Shown piece after piece: positions 62,406-64,000 of a DNA stretch of 64,000 nt. A program made the translations under genes and the position numbers. The notes under the pieces were generated by a model, which saw only the letters and a program-made list of their open reading frames with translations, ran no database searches and had not been told where the DNA came from. The first letter of the stretch is position 1; each line of letters begins with the position of its first letter. The DNA comes from the human T2T-CHM13v2.0 reference genome, Homo sapiens. The stretch lies in the NCBI RefSeq assembly GCF_009914755.1, contig NC_060933.1; one strand, given 5' to 3'.

Positions 62406-64000
62406 TCCATGCTCTTCAATTTAGAACTGAGACACATTATGATACAGTATTAACACTTGAAATCATCTTATAACTGCTTGCTTTCATATTTGGCATCACT
62501 ATTGTACCACCTTAGAAACTGCTTCTATTGACCTTTAGATTAAAAATATGTTGAATTATCATGATTGACACTTTTAAAATGACTCATTCTTGCCAAACAC
62601 AGCATAACAACTTTTTAACATTCCCTTTTCTTTACAACTGCCACAACTTTCATTATGTGAAATATGGCTGTATTATACACCACCTCTCATTGCCTAACAT
62701 GATTTTTTTTCAGAGTTCAGGAAGATTTACATTTGGAGCTAAATGTTTCAGTGATTGCTCTGTTGGGTTTCATTATACCAGTGTAGTTAATCAAAGCAAG
62801 TCTGGCCTTGCTACCATGATTCACTGTATGGTTTTTTGAACTTAATCATTTACACAGAATGAATATACACATTATCACCAGGGCTGGATTTCTTTAACAG
62901 CCTGCATGACACGGTACTGTAATGCCTTTGTCAACTGCTAGTTTTCCCAGGGACTCTGCAGTTTGCTGGGGGTTTTGATAAGACATTTCACTGATGGGCT
63001 TTCGGTTAGAAAAAGGCAAGTGGGAAACCCCTAGGTGGAGCTGCAGAGAGCAGACGAAAGGCCCACTGACTTGTGTATCACCAAGTGGGGCTAACGGGGA
63101 ATCCTTTCATTTGTACAGAGTGTTTCTTTTCATAGTGTGTGTGGTCTTCACAATCATAATTAACAAGTAACTTTTCTTCACTCTCATTCCTAATCCCATC
63201 ATAAATTATTGGCTGTTGGCATCTGGGCAGGGTTTGGCAGACCTTGAATTTTAAGTCAGCCTGAGAGAATTACAGGGATTGTTGTCTCTAAACTGAAGAA
63301 GCTAATTGTATAAGCATTAACACATGTGAACCAGGCCTACCAAGCCTAATTTCTGAGCAGCCAGAAACGATGCTCCTATGGACACCAGATTCCTTAGCAA
63401 AAAGCAGACTTGCATTTGACCAGAACCAGTGGAGAGCCTGTTCCAGGCCCATGGAATCCAATGTCAATTTTTCAGGAATTCTATGAGCTGGTTCTTAAAC
63501 GCCACCATTATTTAAAATCAAAATATATAACCTTTTAATTAAATAAATTATATTTTTAAAAAGATGGTAAATACTCAAAACTCATCACTTCCTAAATATT
63601 CTACCCCGTCATGCAATTTTTTACACCCTTGGTTATTCGTGTCTATCATATCTGGATGGGGGAAATGCTATGGAATTTCACAACTCTGCATTCAGTGTTG
63701 TCATGTTGGTAGACTGAAATCAGCCACAATGGGAGTATTTGTATCATGGAAATAACAAATGCTACAAACCAAGGCTTCATTTGTTGCTTTGCCTCTGCCT
63801 TGTGTGTAAGGGAAGTACTATTTAATTTTACCTACCAGAACACTAAGTCTCAGAAAAGTTCAGTAAATGATTTTGGCCCTAGGATTCCACTGCAGGGTTT
63901 TCTGACTTTGCAAATCCATTATCTTAAGTCTTCTGTTCTATACCTCCCTTTAGCGGGGTTTTCCTGCCACTGTACTATATACACTCATAAAAACTCTCAG

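Noticed and set aside
62991-63065. CUGAUGG...CGAAA with a 10-bp bulged stem, superficially hammerhead-like
   Set aside because: Core is CUGAUGG and the GAAA is itself paired within the stem, so the topology is wrong.

Overview
AT-rich, gene-poor primate genomic DNA. It is human or great ape, judging by AluY and an L1PA2-like element with the short (~900 bp) 5'UTR. I cannot identify the locus and found no supportable host protein-coding exon; nearly all long ORFs in the track are LINE-1 or Alu read-through. The first ~42 kb is dominated by LINE-1. It holds a near full-length old L1MA (minus) carrying a nested 5'-inverted L1PA and an AluY, and a second 5'-inverted L1PB/L1PA16-type element. It also holds a full-length, ORF-dead L1PA2-like element (23351-29370, clear TSD) inserted into an older L1M, and a long fragmented L1MC/MD. 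The last ~22 kb is mostly unique sequence with Alus, MITEs, MIRs and a solo LTR12F-like LTR. I see no evidence of a new multi-gene system. The best leads are: (1) a 'two-tailed' chimeric L1 with a younger L1 3' end fused at a twin-priming junction; (2) a full-length L1 whose 5' truncation clips the YY1 site, with an open 102-codon ORF0; (3) a solo LTR12F promoter followed by a strong splice donor; (4) several exon-shaped, probably non-coding segments on both strands, suggesting unannotated or lncRNA transcripts. Repeat subfamily names come from recalled consensus sequences, and boundaries of old repeats are approximate.
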